This document shows positions 8,373 through 18,289 of a stretch of DNA of 64,000 bases, piece after piece. Every line of letters begins with the position of its first letter. Positions within the stretch are counted from its first letter, which is position 1. The position numbers and the translations under genes were made by a program. The DNA lies in the sequence record DRR723986_7955. One strand, given 5' to 3'. Below the pieces are notes generated by a model, which ran no database searches, was not told where the DNA came from, and saw only the letters and a program-made list of their open reading frames with translations.

Positions 8373-9884
8373 TTAGTCGAAGAGTATTTTTTCATCTATG
8401 CAAAAATCATCGATAAACTGCACTGAAGATTTTAATAAATGACTCATTACTAAGTCCTCAGAGACAAATTTTACATCTTTTCTGAATAATTTTAGAACCG
8501 TCTCAATTTCAGGTGAAGATTTTAATGGTAATCTAAAGTGTAAAGCCTGAGATGCATTTGTTAATTCAATAGCTAATATTTGTTTAGTATTGGTTACCAA
8601 TTCATAGGCTTGAGTGGCAGCATTGGCTCCCATGCTCACATGATCTTCTTGTCCATTTGATGAGACAATTGAGTCTACACTAGCTGGTGTTGCTAGTTGC
8701 TTATTTGCACTTACAATACTTGCAGCTGTATATTGAGGAATCATAAACCCAGAATTTAAACCTGGGTTATCAACTAGAAAAGATGGTAATCCTCTGTTAC
8801 CTGAAACGAGCTGAAACGTTCTTCGTTCCGAAATATTTCCTAACTCTGACATGGCAATTTTTAAAAAGTCTAACGCAAGTGCTAAAGGCTGGCCATGAAA
8901 ATTTCCTCCGGAAATAATTCGGTCTTCCTTAATAAAAATATTTGGATTGTCCGTTACCGAATTTATTTCTGTTGTAAAAACTTTCTTTACATGCTCTAAA
9001 GCATCCTTGGTTGCACCATGAACTTGAGGAACACATCTAAATGAATAAGGATCTTGTACGTGCTCCTTTTTTTGAGAAATAATTTCACTACCCTCTAGGA
9101 AGTTTCTAACGCGCTCTGCTGTTTTAATTTGCCCATTGTGTGGTCGCACAAAATGCACTAGCGGATTAAAAGGCTCTATCCTGCCGTCAAAGGCCTCTAA
9201 GGACATGGTAGAAATTAAATCGGCAAAATAGGATAACTTATAACACTCCAATAATAAATGTACACCATAAGCACTCATAAACTGTGTGCCATTTAAAAGC
9301 GCCAAGCCTTCCTTAGAATGAAGTGTAATTGGCTCCCATTTAAAATGTTTTATAACTTCACTTGCGGCAACAACCTTATCATTATAGTATACTTCGCCTT
9401 TACCTATTAAAGGTAAAGCTAAATGTGCTAATGGAGCTAAATCTCCTGATGCACCTAATGACCCTTTAGTATAGACAACAGGTAATACATCATTATTATA
9501 TAATTCTATAAGTCTTTCTACAATTAATATCTGCACTCCACTATGACCATAATTTAATGATTGTATTTTAAGGAGTAACATGAGTTTAATAATTGGCTTA
9601 GGCACCAAATCTCCTATACCACTTGCATGAGACATTACAAGATTTTCTTGAAGAACCGTTAAATTATGTTCGGAGATTTTTATGTTACATAGAGAACCGA
9701 ATCCTGTATTAATACCATAAACAGGATCTTTATGACTCATCAATTTTTGGTCTAAGTAAGCTCTACAATTTTTAATTTTGGTGCGAGCATCATCAGATAA
9801 TTTCAGTTTTAAATCATCATGAATGATTTCATGAATTTTTAATAAATCTAAAGCCTCTGAACTTATATTATGGTATTTACTCAT
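8373..9884 (-). CDS. hutH: Histidine ammonia-lyase
   Basis: MIO-forming GSLGASGDLAPLAH motif, VYGINTGFG, QDPYSFRCVPQVHGA, SNGQEDHVSMG. Confidence 0.93.
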   Translation of the reverse strand: MSKYHNISSEALDLLKIHEIIHDDLKLKLSDDARTKIKNCRAYLDQKLMSHKDPVYGINTGFGSLCNIKISEHNLTVLQENLVMSHASGIGDLVPKPIIKLMLLLKIQSLNYGHSGVQILIVERLIELYNNDVLPVVYTKGSLGASGDLAPLAHLALPLIGKGEVYYNDKVVAASEVIKHFKWEPITLHSKEGLALLNGTQFMSAYGVHLLLECYKLSYFADLISTMSLEAFDGRIEPFNPLVHFVRPHNGQIKTAERVRNFLEGSEIISQKKEHVQDPYSFRCVPQVHGATKDALEHVKKVFTTEINSVTDNPNIFIKEDRIISGGNFHGQPLALALDFLKIAMSELGNISERRTFQLVSGNRGLPSFLVDNPGLNSGFMIPQYTAASIVSANKQLATPASVDSIVSSNGQEDHVSMGANAATQAYELVTNTKQILAIELTNASQALHFRLPLKSSPEIETVLKLFRKDVKFVSEDLVMSHLLKSSVQFIDDFCIDEKILFD

Positions 9885-10011
9885 TCCTCAAATTTTAAGT
9901 ACTTCCAAAATTGAGAATAATTTTCGATTTGGCAACATATTGTTAATAATTCATTCATTGCTATCATTTCTTTAATAATGTTTACATTTGAGCATGAACA
10001 AATTACCATTT

Positions 10012-11052
10012 ATGAAAAAAATACTTATGCTTTGTTTAGCTATTTCTATTATAGGATGCAAACAAGAAGAACCTAAAGATTATGTAACACTTTCTGGTAA
10101 AATTGAAAATCCGCATGAAAGTAAAACCTTAAAAATTTTAAAAGGTAGAGAACTTAAAAGAGAAATTCCATTAAATGACGATGGCACCTTCAAAGATACA
10201 TTGAAGATCGAAGCTGGTGATTATACCATACAACATGGTCAAGAATATGGAGAAATCTATTTAGAAAATAACAATGAGACAACATTAAATACAGATCATG
10301 AAGATTTTGATACAAAGATGATATTTGGTGGTGATGCTTCTGACATTAATAACTTCTCAATTCAGTCGTATTTAATTTCTAATGATCATTTTACTGAAGA
10401 TTTAATTTCGGGTGGCTCACAAAAAGATTTAGATAATGCTGTTACAAATTACCGTAATGCATACAAAGAATTAAAAACAAAATTTTCGACTGTAGATTCT
10501 ACACATGTAGCCAAAATAGATAATAATATTGAAGCTACAGTTAGATCATTAACTCAATATATGGCTTCAAAAATTGCCATGAGAGAACAATTTCCTGCAG
10601 GTAAACCCTCTCCAACGTTTAGTGGTTACGAAAACTATGCTGGCGGAAATATGTCTCTTGAAGATCTAAAAGGAAAATACGTTTATATTGACGTTTGGGC
10701 GACTTGGTGTGGACCTTGTAAAAGAGAAATTCCTTCGCTTAAAAAAGTTGAAAAACAATTTGAAGGGAAAAATATTCAAATCGTTAGTATTTCTGTAGAT
10801 GAAGGACGTGGATATAAAGGTGATGCTGCTGCGGCTTATGAAGGGTGGAAAAAAATGATTGCTGAAAAAGAATTAGGTGGAATTCAATTATTAGCTGATA
10901 ACGGATTTAGGTCTCAGTTTATACAAGATTATAAAATTAATGGAATACCAAGATTTATTTTAATTGATCCAGATGGGAATATTGTGAATGCAGATGCACC
11001 AAGACCATCAAATTCTAAATTAGTTGAATTATTTAATTCTTTAGATATTTAA
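10012..11052 (+). CDS. TlpA-family thioredoxin-like disulfide reductase lipoprotein
   Basis: MKK..IIGC lipobox (ATG at 10012, downstream of TACATTTG at 9983-9990); C-terminal YIDVWATWCGPC and GIPRFILID motifs. Confidence 0.88.
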   Translation: MKKILMLCLAISIIGCKQEEPKDYVTLSGKIENPHESKTLKILKGRELKREIPLNDDGTFKDTLKIEAGDYTIQHGQEYGEIYLENNNETTLNTDHEDFDTKMIFGGDASDINNFSIQSYLISNDHFTEDLISGGSQKDLDNAVTNYRNAYKELKTKFSTVDSTHVAKIDNNIEATVRSLTQYMASKIAMREQFPAGKPSPTFSGYENYAGGNMSLEDLKGKYVYIDVWATWCGPCKREIPSLKKVEKQFEGKNIQIVSISVDEGRGYKGDAAAAYEGWKKMIAEKELGGIQLLADNGFRSQFIQDYKINGIPRFILIDPDGNIVNADAPRPSNSKLVELFNSLDI

Positions 11053-11073
11053 AAACTATTAATTGTATAAAAC

Positions 11074-11104
11074 AAAAAGAGCCTTCAATTAAGAAGGCTT
11101 TTTT
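11074..11104. terminator. Bidirectional intrinsic terminator
   Basis: AAAAAG-AGCCTTC-AATTAA-GAAGGCT-TTTTT between convergent tlpA-like and nnr genes. Confidence 0.75.
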
Positions 11105-12650
11105 ATTTATTTTGTTCAGATTCATTCTGAGACTCTTCTGGCTGTTTAAACAAGTCAATGTAGGCTTCACCTATTGTTTCTATAATATGGCTTGCAATTA
11201 AACTTTGATATCCAAAATCTTCAACAGCAATGTCACCAGATTTTCCATGTAAGTAAACACCAAAAAGCGTTGCAGCCAAAGGTTCGTATTTCTGGGCCAA
11301 CAAACCTGTAATGATTCCTGTTAAAACATCTCCACTGCCAGCAGTTGCCATACCTGGATTTCCTGTAGTATTTATATATTGTTTATCCTTATATACTGTA
11401 ATTGTATGTGCACCTTTTATCACAACTATTACATTATGTTTAGATGAAAAAGCTTTTGCTTTTTTAAGTTTATCAAAATCATCCTTCCACTTTCCAATAA
11501 GTCGTTCAAGTTCTTTAGGATGTGGTGTTAAAATAGATTGCTCTGGTAATAACTTTAAGAGTGTTTTTTTCTTAGCTAAAATATTAATAGCATCTGCATC
11601 GATGACTAATGGTGCTTTATTCTTTTTTAAAAATGCTTCAAATGCTTTAATAGATTCATCCGCCTGTCCTAATCCTATTCCAACACCTACAACAGTTGGC
11701 TCTATACTATAACTAATATTGCTTATCTGTTTTTCATTTACATCTGTAATTACCATAACTTCTGGCACAGCTGCTTGTAAGCTATGATAACCACATTCTG
11801 GTATAAACGCTGTAACTAAACCTGCGCCGGCACTTAAGGTAGCTCTTGAGGTTAAATTAACAGCACCTATTTTCCCATGACTTCCACCAATTATAAGAGC
11901 ATGACCAAAATCACCTTTATGTGAAAATTTATCCCTTGGCTTGTACAAAGGAAGTACCTCGAATTTTGAAATTAACTCTACCCTTGTTTCAGTTTGCATT
12001 AAATAATCACGGTCTATTCCTATATCTAAAACTTCCCATTGAACTGTAAACTTGGCTGTTTCAGGTAAGAAGAAAACTAGTTTAGGTGATTGAAAACTCA
12101 GAGTATAATTGGCATGAACAACAAATTCGTCATTTTCAACTGCTTTGTCTGTGTATAAACCCGAAGGAATATCAATAGACAAAGTAAATGCTTTAGAAGA
12201 TTTAAACAACTGGAATAGTTGCTGAACCCATTCAATTGGTAGTCTATTTAAACCTATTCCAAAAATGGCATCTACAATAATGTCATCTGAATGTATCTCT
12301 GGAAACTCATTTTGACAAGTCAACATCTTTGGCCAATCTTTGGTGACATTTTTTATTCTGTCATAATTGACTAGAAAGTCTTTAGAGCGTTTATCACTAC
12401 AATTAACAATATATGTGATAACATTATAACCATGCGTAATTAAATGCCTTGCTATTACAAGGCCATCACCACCATTATTGCCAATACCACAAAACACATG
12501 AATTGGTACTTGTGCTCCTTGCATACGCATATGCATCCAATTAAAAATTTGGGTACCTGCACGCTCCATTAAATCCGTAGATGAAATATTTTGACGCTCT
12601 GTGGTTAATTTATCACCTTGATATATCTGTTCTTTTGAGAATACTTTCAT
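11103..12650 (-). CDS. nnr: Bifunctional NAD(P)H-hydrate epimerase/dehydratase (YjeF_N + carbohydrate kinase-like domain)
   Basis: LMERAG, CGIGNNGGDG, DAIFGIG, DIPSG; SHKGDFGH, VIDADA, TPHPKE, GNPGMATAGSGDVLTG. Confidence 0.92.
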   Translation of the reverse strand: MKVFSKEQIYQGDKLTTERQNISSTDLMERAGTQIFNWMHMRMQGAQVPIHVFCGIGNNGGDGLVIARHLITHGYNVITYIVNCSDKRSKDFLVNYDRIKNVTKDWPKMLTCQNEFPEIHSDDIIVDAIFGIGLNRLPIEWVQQLFQLFKSSKAFTLSIDIPSGLYTDKAVENDEFVVHANYTLSFQSPKLVFFLPETAKFTVQWEVLDIGIDRDYLMQTETRVELISKFEVLPLYKPRDKFSHKGDFGHALIIGGSHGKIGAVNLTSRATLSAGAGLVTAFIPECGYHSLQAAVPEVMVITDVNEKQISNISYSIEPTVVGVGIGLGQADESIKAFEAFLKKNKAPLVIDADAINILAKKKTLLKLLPEQSILTPHPKELERLIGKWKDDFDKLKKAKAFSSKHNVIVVIKGAHTITVYKDKQYINTTGNPGMATAGSGDVLTGIITGLLAQKYEPLAATLFGVYLHGKSGDIAVEDFGYQSLIASHIIETIGEAYIDLFKQPEESQNESEQNK

Positions 12651-12772
12651 TTAATTCTATTAATGCTATTTCAATTAAAAGCTAAAAAGCTAAGATTTTA
12701 ATAATAAAAAGACCGCTTATTCAACAAATCATTAAAAAACAGTGTTTTGTTTTTTTATAACCGTAAAAATAA

Positions 12773-12780
12773 TACATTTG
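12773..12780 (+). promoter_or_regulatory. Bacteroidota primary-sigma -7 element (TAnnTTTG) for the thr leader/operon
   Basis: TACATTTG ending 8 nt before the leader-peptide ATG. Confidence 0.55.
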
Positions 12781-12787
12781 GTAAGTA

Positions 12788-12892
12788 ATGAAGAAAAAAA
12801 TAAACATTTCAATTTGTCCTATGACAGATACAAAAAGTATGTCTATTTCTATGTTTTATATTTCTACAACTATTACCCTTTGGGGTAATTAA
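12788..12892 (+). CDS. Putative thr operon leader (attenuator) peptide, 34 aa
   Basis: MKKKINISICPMTDTKSMSISMFYISTTITLWGN*: 5 Thr, 6 Ile, 4 Met, 4 Lys. Its end overlaps the hairpin ATTACCC-TTTG-GGGTAAT (12872-12889) and it stops 65 nt before the thrA ATG. Confidence 0.6.
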   Translation: MKKKINISICPMTDTKSMSISMFYISTTITLWGN

Positions 12893-12957
12893 TAATAGTC
12901 TTTCCGCCCATTGATTTGTCTTTTTTGACATTATTTTTCTTAATAAATCTTAAAAAT

Positions 12958-15432
12958 ATGAAGGTTCTTAAATTTGGTGGTACATCTGTAGGTACTGCTG
13001 AAAATATAAACAAAGTTATTGCCATTTTAGAACAACAATCTAGCGATTCTAACATTGCTGTTGTGGTTTCTGCTCTAGGTGGTATAACGGATCAATTGCT
13101 TGAAGCTGCAAATTTCGCATGTGATAAAAATAAAGCGTATTTAGAAAAATACAATTCTATTTGGTCTAGGCATAATCAGGTCATCGAAGGATTATTTAGA
13201 ACTGATGATATAAATTCTAAATTAAAACAACAACATGATGATTTGCATAATCTCATATCCTCTAAATTAGAGGAACTAAAGAGTCTTTTAAATGGTATTT
13301 ATCTAATCAATGAGTTATCTCCTAAAACCAGAGATAAATTATTAAGTTTTGGTGAAACTCTTTCTTCAACAATCATCTATAATACATTGGTTTCAAGATA
13401 TATTGATGCAACGCTAAAAAATTCGCAAGAGCTAATAGTGACTGATAATAGTTTTAATAACGCTGTGGTGGATTTTGACGCAACAAACTCTAAAATTGAA
13501 GCCTTTTTTGATAAAAATTCTTCAAAAATAGTATTACTACCTGGGTTTGTTTCTAAATCTGCAGATGGCGAAATCACAACATTAGGAAGAGGTGGCTCTG
13601 ATTACACTGCAGCTATAATTGCCGCTGCCTTAGATGCTAATGAATTACAAATCTGGACAGATGTAAGTGGTATGTTTACAACAAATCCAAAACTTGTAAA
13701 ACAAGCTTCACCAATTAAAGAATTATCCTATCAAGAAGCCGTAGAACTATCTCATTTTGGGGCAAAAGTGCTTTACCCACCAACGGTAATGCCTGTTCTT
13801 AAAAAGAACATTCCAATAGTGATAAAAAACACAATGAAACCTGATGCTGATGGTACTTTAATTTCTGAAAATTTAGATGGTAATGGTATTTCACCTGTAA
13901 AGGGAATTAGTAATATTGATAATATTGCCTTACTGACTCTACAAGGCAATGGTATGGTTGGTGTTCCTGGTTTTAGTAAACGTTTATTTGAGACACTAGC
14001 TCTTCATAAAATCAATATCATTTTAATTACGCAATCCTCGTCTGAGCACTCCATTTGCTTCGGAATTTCAGATAAGGATGCAACTCATGCCAAACAGTTA
14101 ATTGATGTAGAATTTGAATACGAAATAGCACAGCAAAAACTAGATCCTATTATCGTTGAAACGGAATTATCTATTATTGCTGTTGTTGGTGACAAAATGA
14201 AAAGTCATCAAGGTATAAGTGGAAAAATGTTTAGTACATTAGGTAAAAACAACGTAAATATTAGAGCCATTGCTCAAGGAGCTTCAGAACGAAATATTTC
14301 TGCGGTTATTCATAAAAATGATGTTAAGAAAGCACTCAATAGTTTACACGAGAGGTTTTTTGAAATTAAAACCAAACAAATAAACTTATTTGTTACAGGT
14401 GTTGGTAATGTTGGTGAACGTTTAATTGAACAAATAAAAAAACAAAAGGCATACGTTAAAGAACATTTTAAAATAAACCTTAGGGTTGTTGGTTTATCAA
14501 ATTCCAGAACTATGGCCATTGATGACGATGGCATAAATCTTAAAGATTGGAAGACCAAATTACAAGAAGGAGAAAATGCATCTTTATCTGGCTTTTTTAA
14601 GTATGCCAAAGACTTAAATTTAAGAAATTCAGTCTTTGTAGATATAACAGCAAATGAAGCTGTTTCTAATATGTATAGAGATTACCTAAAAGAAAGTATC
14701 TCAGTTATTGCATGCAATAAAATTGCTTGCTCAGGAAATATTGAGTATTACAATGAGCTTAAACAATTATCTAGAAAATACAATGCCTCTTTTTTATTTG
14801 AAACTAATGTTGGTGCAGGATTACCTGTAATAGACACCTTGAGTCATCTTATTACCTCTGGTGATAAAGTAAATTCTATACAAGCCGTTTTATCAGGAAG
14901 TCTTAATTTTATTTTCAATAATTTTAACTCTGACACAACCTTTCATGATGTTGTAAAACAAGCACAAAATGAAGGTTATACTGAGCCAGATCCACGTATA
15001 GATTTAAGCGGCATAGACGTAGCACGAAAAGTATTAATTTTAGCCAGAGAAAGTGGTCACCAAATTGAATTATCTGATTTAGAAAGCGACAATTTCTTAA
15101 CAGATAATGCGATGACTGCAGACTCGGTTGAAGACTTTTATAAAACACTTAAAGAAGATCAAGCTCATTATCAGAGTTTATACTCTTCTGCAAAAGAAAA
15201 AAATTGCCAATTAAAATTTGTCGCAGAATTTAATGAGGGTAAAGCTAAGGTAGGTCTTAAGGAAATACCCCAAGGGCATCCATTTTTTAATTTAGAGGGC
15301 AAAGACAATATTGTTATGTTTTATACAGAGAGATACCCAGAACAACCCATGATTATAAAAGGCGCTGGCGCTGGTGCAGATGTAACAGCTTCAGGACTTT
15401 TTGCAGATATTATTAGAATTGCGAACAATTAA
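12958..15432 (+). CDS. thrA: Bifunctional aspartokinase/homoserine dehydrogenase I
   Basis: MKVLKFGGTSVG start (ATG 12958), LGRGGSDYTA, ACT domains, GVGNVG, FETNVGAGLP, GYTEPDPRIDLSG. Confidence 0.96.
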   Translation: MKVLKFGGTSVGTAENINKVIAILEQQSSDSNIAVVVSALGGITDQLLEAANFACDKNKAYLEKYNSIWSRHNQVIEGLFRTDDINSKLKQQHDDLHNLISSKLEELKSLLNGIYLINELSPKTRDKLLSFGETLSSTIIYNTLVSRYIDATLKNSQELIVTDNSFNNAVVDFDATNSKIEAFFDKNSSKIVLLPGFVSKSADGEITTLGRGGSDYTAAIIAAALDANELQIWTDVSGMFTTNPKLVKQASPIKELSYQEAVELSHFGAKVLYPPTVMPVLKKNIPIVIKNTMKPDADGTLISENLDGNGISPVKGISNIDNIALLTLQGNGMVGVPGFSKRLFETLALHKINIILITQSSSEHSICFGISDKDATHAKQLIDVEFEYEIAQQKLDPIIVETELSIIAVVGDKMKSHQGISGKMFSTLGKNNVNIRAIAQGASERNISAVIHKNDVKKALNSLHERFFEIKTKQINLFVTGVGNVGERLIEQIKKQKAYVKEHFKINLRVVGLSNSRTMAIDDDGINLKDWKTKLQEGENASLSGFFKYAKDLNLRNSVFVDITANEAVSNMYRDYLKESISVIACNKIACSGNIEYYNELKQLSRKYNASFLFETNVGAGLPVIDTLSHLITSGDKVNSIQAVLSGSLNFIFNNFNSDTTFHDVVKQAQNEGYTEPDPRIDLSGIDVARKVLILARESGHQIELSDLESDNFLTDNAMTADSVEDFYKTLKEDQAHYQSLYSSAKEKNCQLKFVAEFNEGKAKVGLKEIPQGHPFFNLEGKDNIVMFYTERYPEQPMIIKGAGAGADVTASGLFADIIRIANN

Positions 15433-15436
15433 ACCT

Positions 15437-16363
15437 ATGAGTCAGGAATTAAAAATATTTTCTCCAGCGACAGTAGCTAACGTAGCCTGTGGCTTTGATG
15501 TACTAGGATTTTGTCTTGATACTATTGGTGATGAAATGGTGATACGAAAAACAAAAACCAAAGGCATTAAGATAACTAAAATTGAAGGTTACGATTTACC
15601 ATATGAAACTGTGCAAAATGTAGCAGGAGTATCGGCGTTAGCCATGTATAATCATTTAAAACCAGACTGTGGATTTGAAATTGAGATCTATAAGAAAATA
15701 AAACCAGGTAGTGGTATAGGTAGCAGTTCTGCAAGTGCATCTGGAAGTGTTTTTGCCATGAATGAGCTTTTAGGTAAACCGCTAAATAAAATAGAGCTTA
15801 CTAAATTTGCAATGAAAGGTGAATATGTAGCAAGTAAAGCTGAGCATGCAGACAATATTGCACCAGGAATTTTTGGTGGATTTACATTGGTAAAATCATC
15901 AAACCCATTAAAGGTTCTAGAGCTACCGACACCTTTCGATTTATATGCGACCTTAATTCATCCACAAATTGAAATTAAAACAGCTGAATCTAGAGCTATT
16001 CTTCCTAAAGAAGTTCCTTTAAAAAATGCTATTTCACAATGGGCTAATGTAGGCAGTTTGGTACATGCATTACATACTTCAGATTATAACTTAATAAAAG
16101 AATCATTGCATGATGTGGTAATAGAACCACATCGTAAACAACTCATACCTTATTTTGAAAATATAAAATCCGTGGCTTTAAATGCTGGCGCTTTAGGCTG
16201 CGCTATTTCCGGATCTGGTCCTTCAATATTTACATTATGTAAGGGTGAAGAAACCGCTTTAAAAATTCAAAAAGCAATGGACAAAGTTTATGCTAAAACA
16301 GATATTGAATTTCAAACTTATGTCTCTAAAATTAATACCGAAGGCATAAAAATACTATCATGA
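15437..16363 (+). CDS. thrB: Homoserine kinase
   Basis: PATVANVACGFDVLG, PGSGIGSSSAS GHMP motif, HADN, ISGSGPS; ATG at 15437. Confidence 0.95.
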   Translation: MSQELKIFSPATVANVACGFDVLGFCLDTIGDEMVIRKTKTKGIKITKIEGYDLPYETVQNVAGVSALAMYNHLKPDCGFEIEIYKKIKPGSGIGSSSASASGSVFAMNELLGKPLNKIELTKFAMKGEYVASKAEHADNIAPGIFGGFTLVKSSNPLKVLELPTPFDLYATLIHPQIEIKTAESRAILPKEVPLKNAISQWANVGSLVHALHTSDYNLIKESLHDVVIEPHRKQLIPYFENIKSVALNAGALGCAISGSGPSIFTLCKGEETALKIQKAMDKVYAKTDIEFQTYVSKINTEGIKILS

Positions 16364-17649
16364 TATATTATTCATTAAATAAAAAAGCACCAAATACTAC
16401 TTTTGCTGATGCTGTAGTAAGAGGCTTAGCACCAGATAAAGGTTTATATTTTCCAGAATCTATAACTCCATTGGATCCATCGTTCTTCGACAATATAGAA
16501 AGTAAAACAAATACTAAGATTGCTTTTGAGGCCATTAAAGAATTTATAGTACCAGAAATCCCTGAAGCAATTCTAAAGACCATAGTTGAAGAAACTCTGA
16601 ACTTCGATTTTCCGGTGGTAAAAATTAACGAAAATATTTCTACACTAGAGTTGTTTCATGGCCCAACAATGGCATTTAAAGATGTTGGTGCGCGCTTTAT
16701 GGCCAGATGCCTTGGCTATTTTAATAAAAACAACACCAATGAAGTTACCGTTTTAGTTGCTACATCTGGTGATACTGGTGGAGCTGTTGCAAATGGATTT
16801 TTGGGTGTAAAAGGAGTTAATGTAGTGATTTTATATCCTAGCGGAAAAGTTAGTGATATACAAGAAAAACAACTTACTACCTTAGGACAAAATATTACAG
16901 CTTTAGAAGTTGATGGAGTTTTTGATGATTGTCAGGATATGGTGAAACGCGCTTTTATGGATGAAGAATTAACCAGTAAAATGCAGTTAACTTCTGCAAA
17001 CTCCATAAATATTGCTCGTTGGTTACCGCAACTCTTCTATTTTTTATTTGCCTACAAGCAACTAAAATCGAAATATAAAAATATTGCGTTTTCTGTGCCT
17101 AGTGGAAATTTTGGGAATATTTGTGCGGGAATGGTTGCCCAGAAATTAGGACTTCCAGTACAACATTTTATAGCAGCTAATAACGCTAACAGAACTGTTG
17201 CTGATTATATGAATACCCAATCTTATAAACCTAAACCATCTGTACAAACTATAAGTAATGCTATGGATGTTGGAAATCCAAGTAATTTTATACGAATTCA
17301 AGAATTACATAATAATAATTTTAATGCTTTAAAAAGCAATCTCTCCTCTTATTGCTACTCTGATAATGAAACAAAAGATGCTCTCCTAGAATTGTATAAA
17401 GACTATAATTATGTTGCTGATCCTCATGGTGCAGTAGGCTATTTAGGTGCTAAGACTTATTTGAAAAATAACGACGCACACGTCGTGTTTTTAGAAACTG
17501 CTCACCCAACTAAATTTTTAGATGTTGTTGAAGACGTCATTGGTAAAACGGTTACTCTTCCTAAACAAATTAAAGCCGTTATGGATAAAGAAAAAGTAGC
17601 GACTGCGATAAGTAAATATGATGAATTAAAAGGATTTTTACTACAGTAA
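16360..17649 (+). CDS. thrC: Threonine synthase
   Basis: ELFHGPTMAFKD (PLP lysine), ATSGDTG, SANSIN, VPSGNFGN, ETAHPTKF; ATGA overlap with thrB. Confidence 0.95.
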   Translation: MIYYSLNKKAPNTTFADAVVRGLAPDKGLYFPESITPLDPSFFDNIESKTNTKIAFEAIKEFIVPEIPEAILKTIVEETLNFDFPVVKINENISTLELFHGPTMAFKDVGARFMARCLGYFNKNNTNEVTVLVATSGDTGGAVANGFLGVKGVNVVILYPSGKVSDIQEKQLTTLGQNITALEVDGVFDDCQDMVKRAFMDEELTSKMQLTSANSINIARWLPQLFYFLFAYKQLKSKYKNIAFSVPSGNFGNICAGMVAQKLGLPVQHFIAANNANRTVADYMNTQSYKPKPSVQTISNAMDVGNPSNFIRIQELHNNNFNALKSNLSSYCYSDNETKDALLELYKDYNYVADPHGAVGYLGAKTYLKNNDAHVVFLETAHPTKFLDVVEDVIGKTVTLPKQIKAVMDKEKVATAISKYDELKGFLLQ

Positions 17650-18171
17650 AATTATAAAAGAGTAGAAACTAACAGATTACATATTAAGCCAGTAACTACT
17701 CAAGATGCACCATTTATTTTAGAGTTGATGAATACACCCAAATGGACTCAATTTATTGGCGACAGAAATGTAAAAACAATTGAAGATACTGAGAACTATA
17801 TTAAAGAAAAAGCCATCACTCAATTAATAAAGTTTGTTTACGGAAATAATGTCATCATAAGAAAAGAAGACGGCATAAAAATAGGTACTGCAGGCATTTA
17901 TCATAGAGAAGGCAAAGATGAACCAGATATTGGTTTTGCGTTTTTACCTGATTTTGAAGGAAAGGGTTATGCCTTTGAAGCTGCCAATAAAATAATGATT
18001 TCGGCCAAGTATGATTATGGGTTACAAAAATTAAGTGCTTATACCTTACACGAAAATAAGGCCTCTAAAAAATTACTATAACGTCTTGGATTTCAACTAA
18101 AAGGAATAGGAAAATTACCTAATAATGACGATGAGTTATTGCATTATTATTGCACATTAGACTCAATTTAA
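17650..18171 (+). pseudogene. RimJ/RimL-type GNAT acetyltransferase pseudogene
   Basis: Reads NYKRVETNRLHIKPVTTQDAPFILELMNTPKW... with no start codon after the thrC stop. In-frame TAA at 18079-18081 in ASKKLL*RLGF (family pattern KLLEKLG/ERLG); the frame continues to TAA at 18169-18171. Confidence 0.75.
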
Positions 18172-18289
18172 TACAGTATACTGTACAACTCTATTTGCAA
18201 TTCAACCTAAATATATTACATACATATAATTTTTAAACGATAGAGATACAAGAATCACTACATTTAAGCTCTTTTAAGCTATTATTGTT

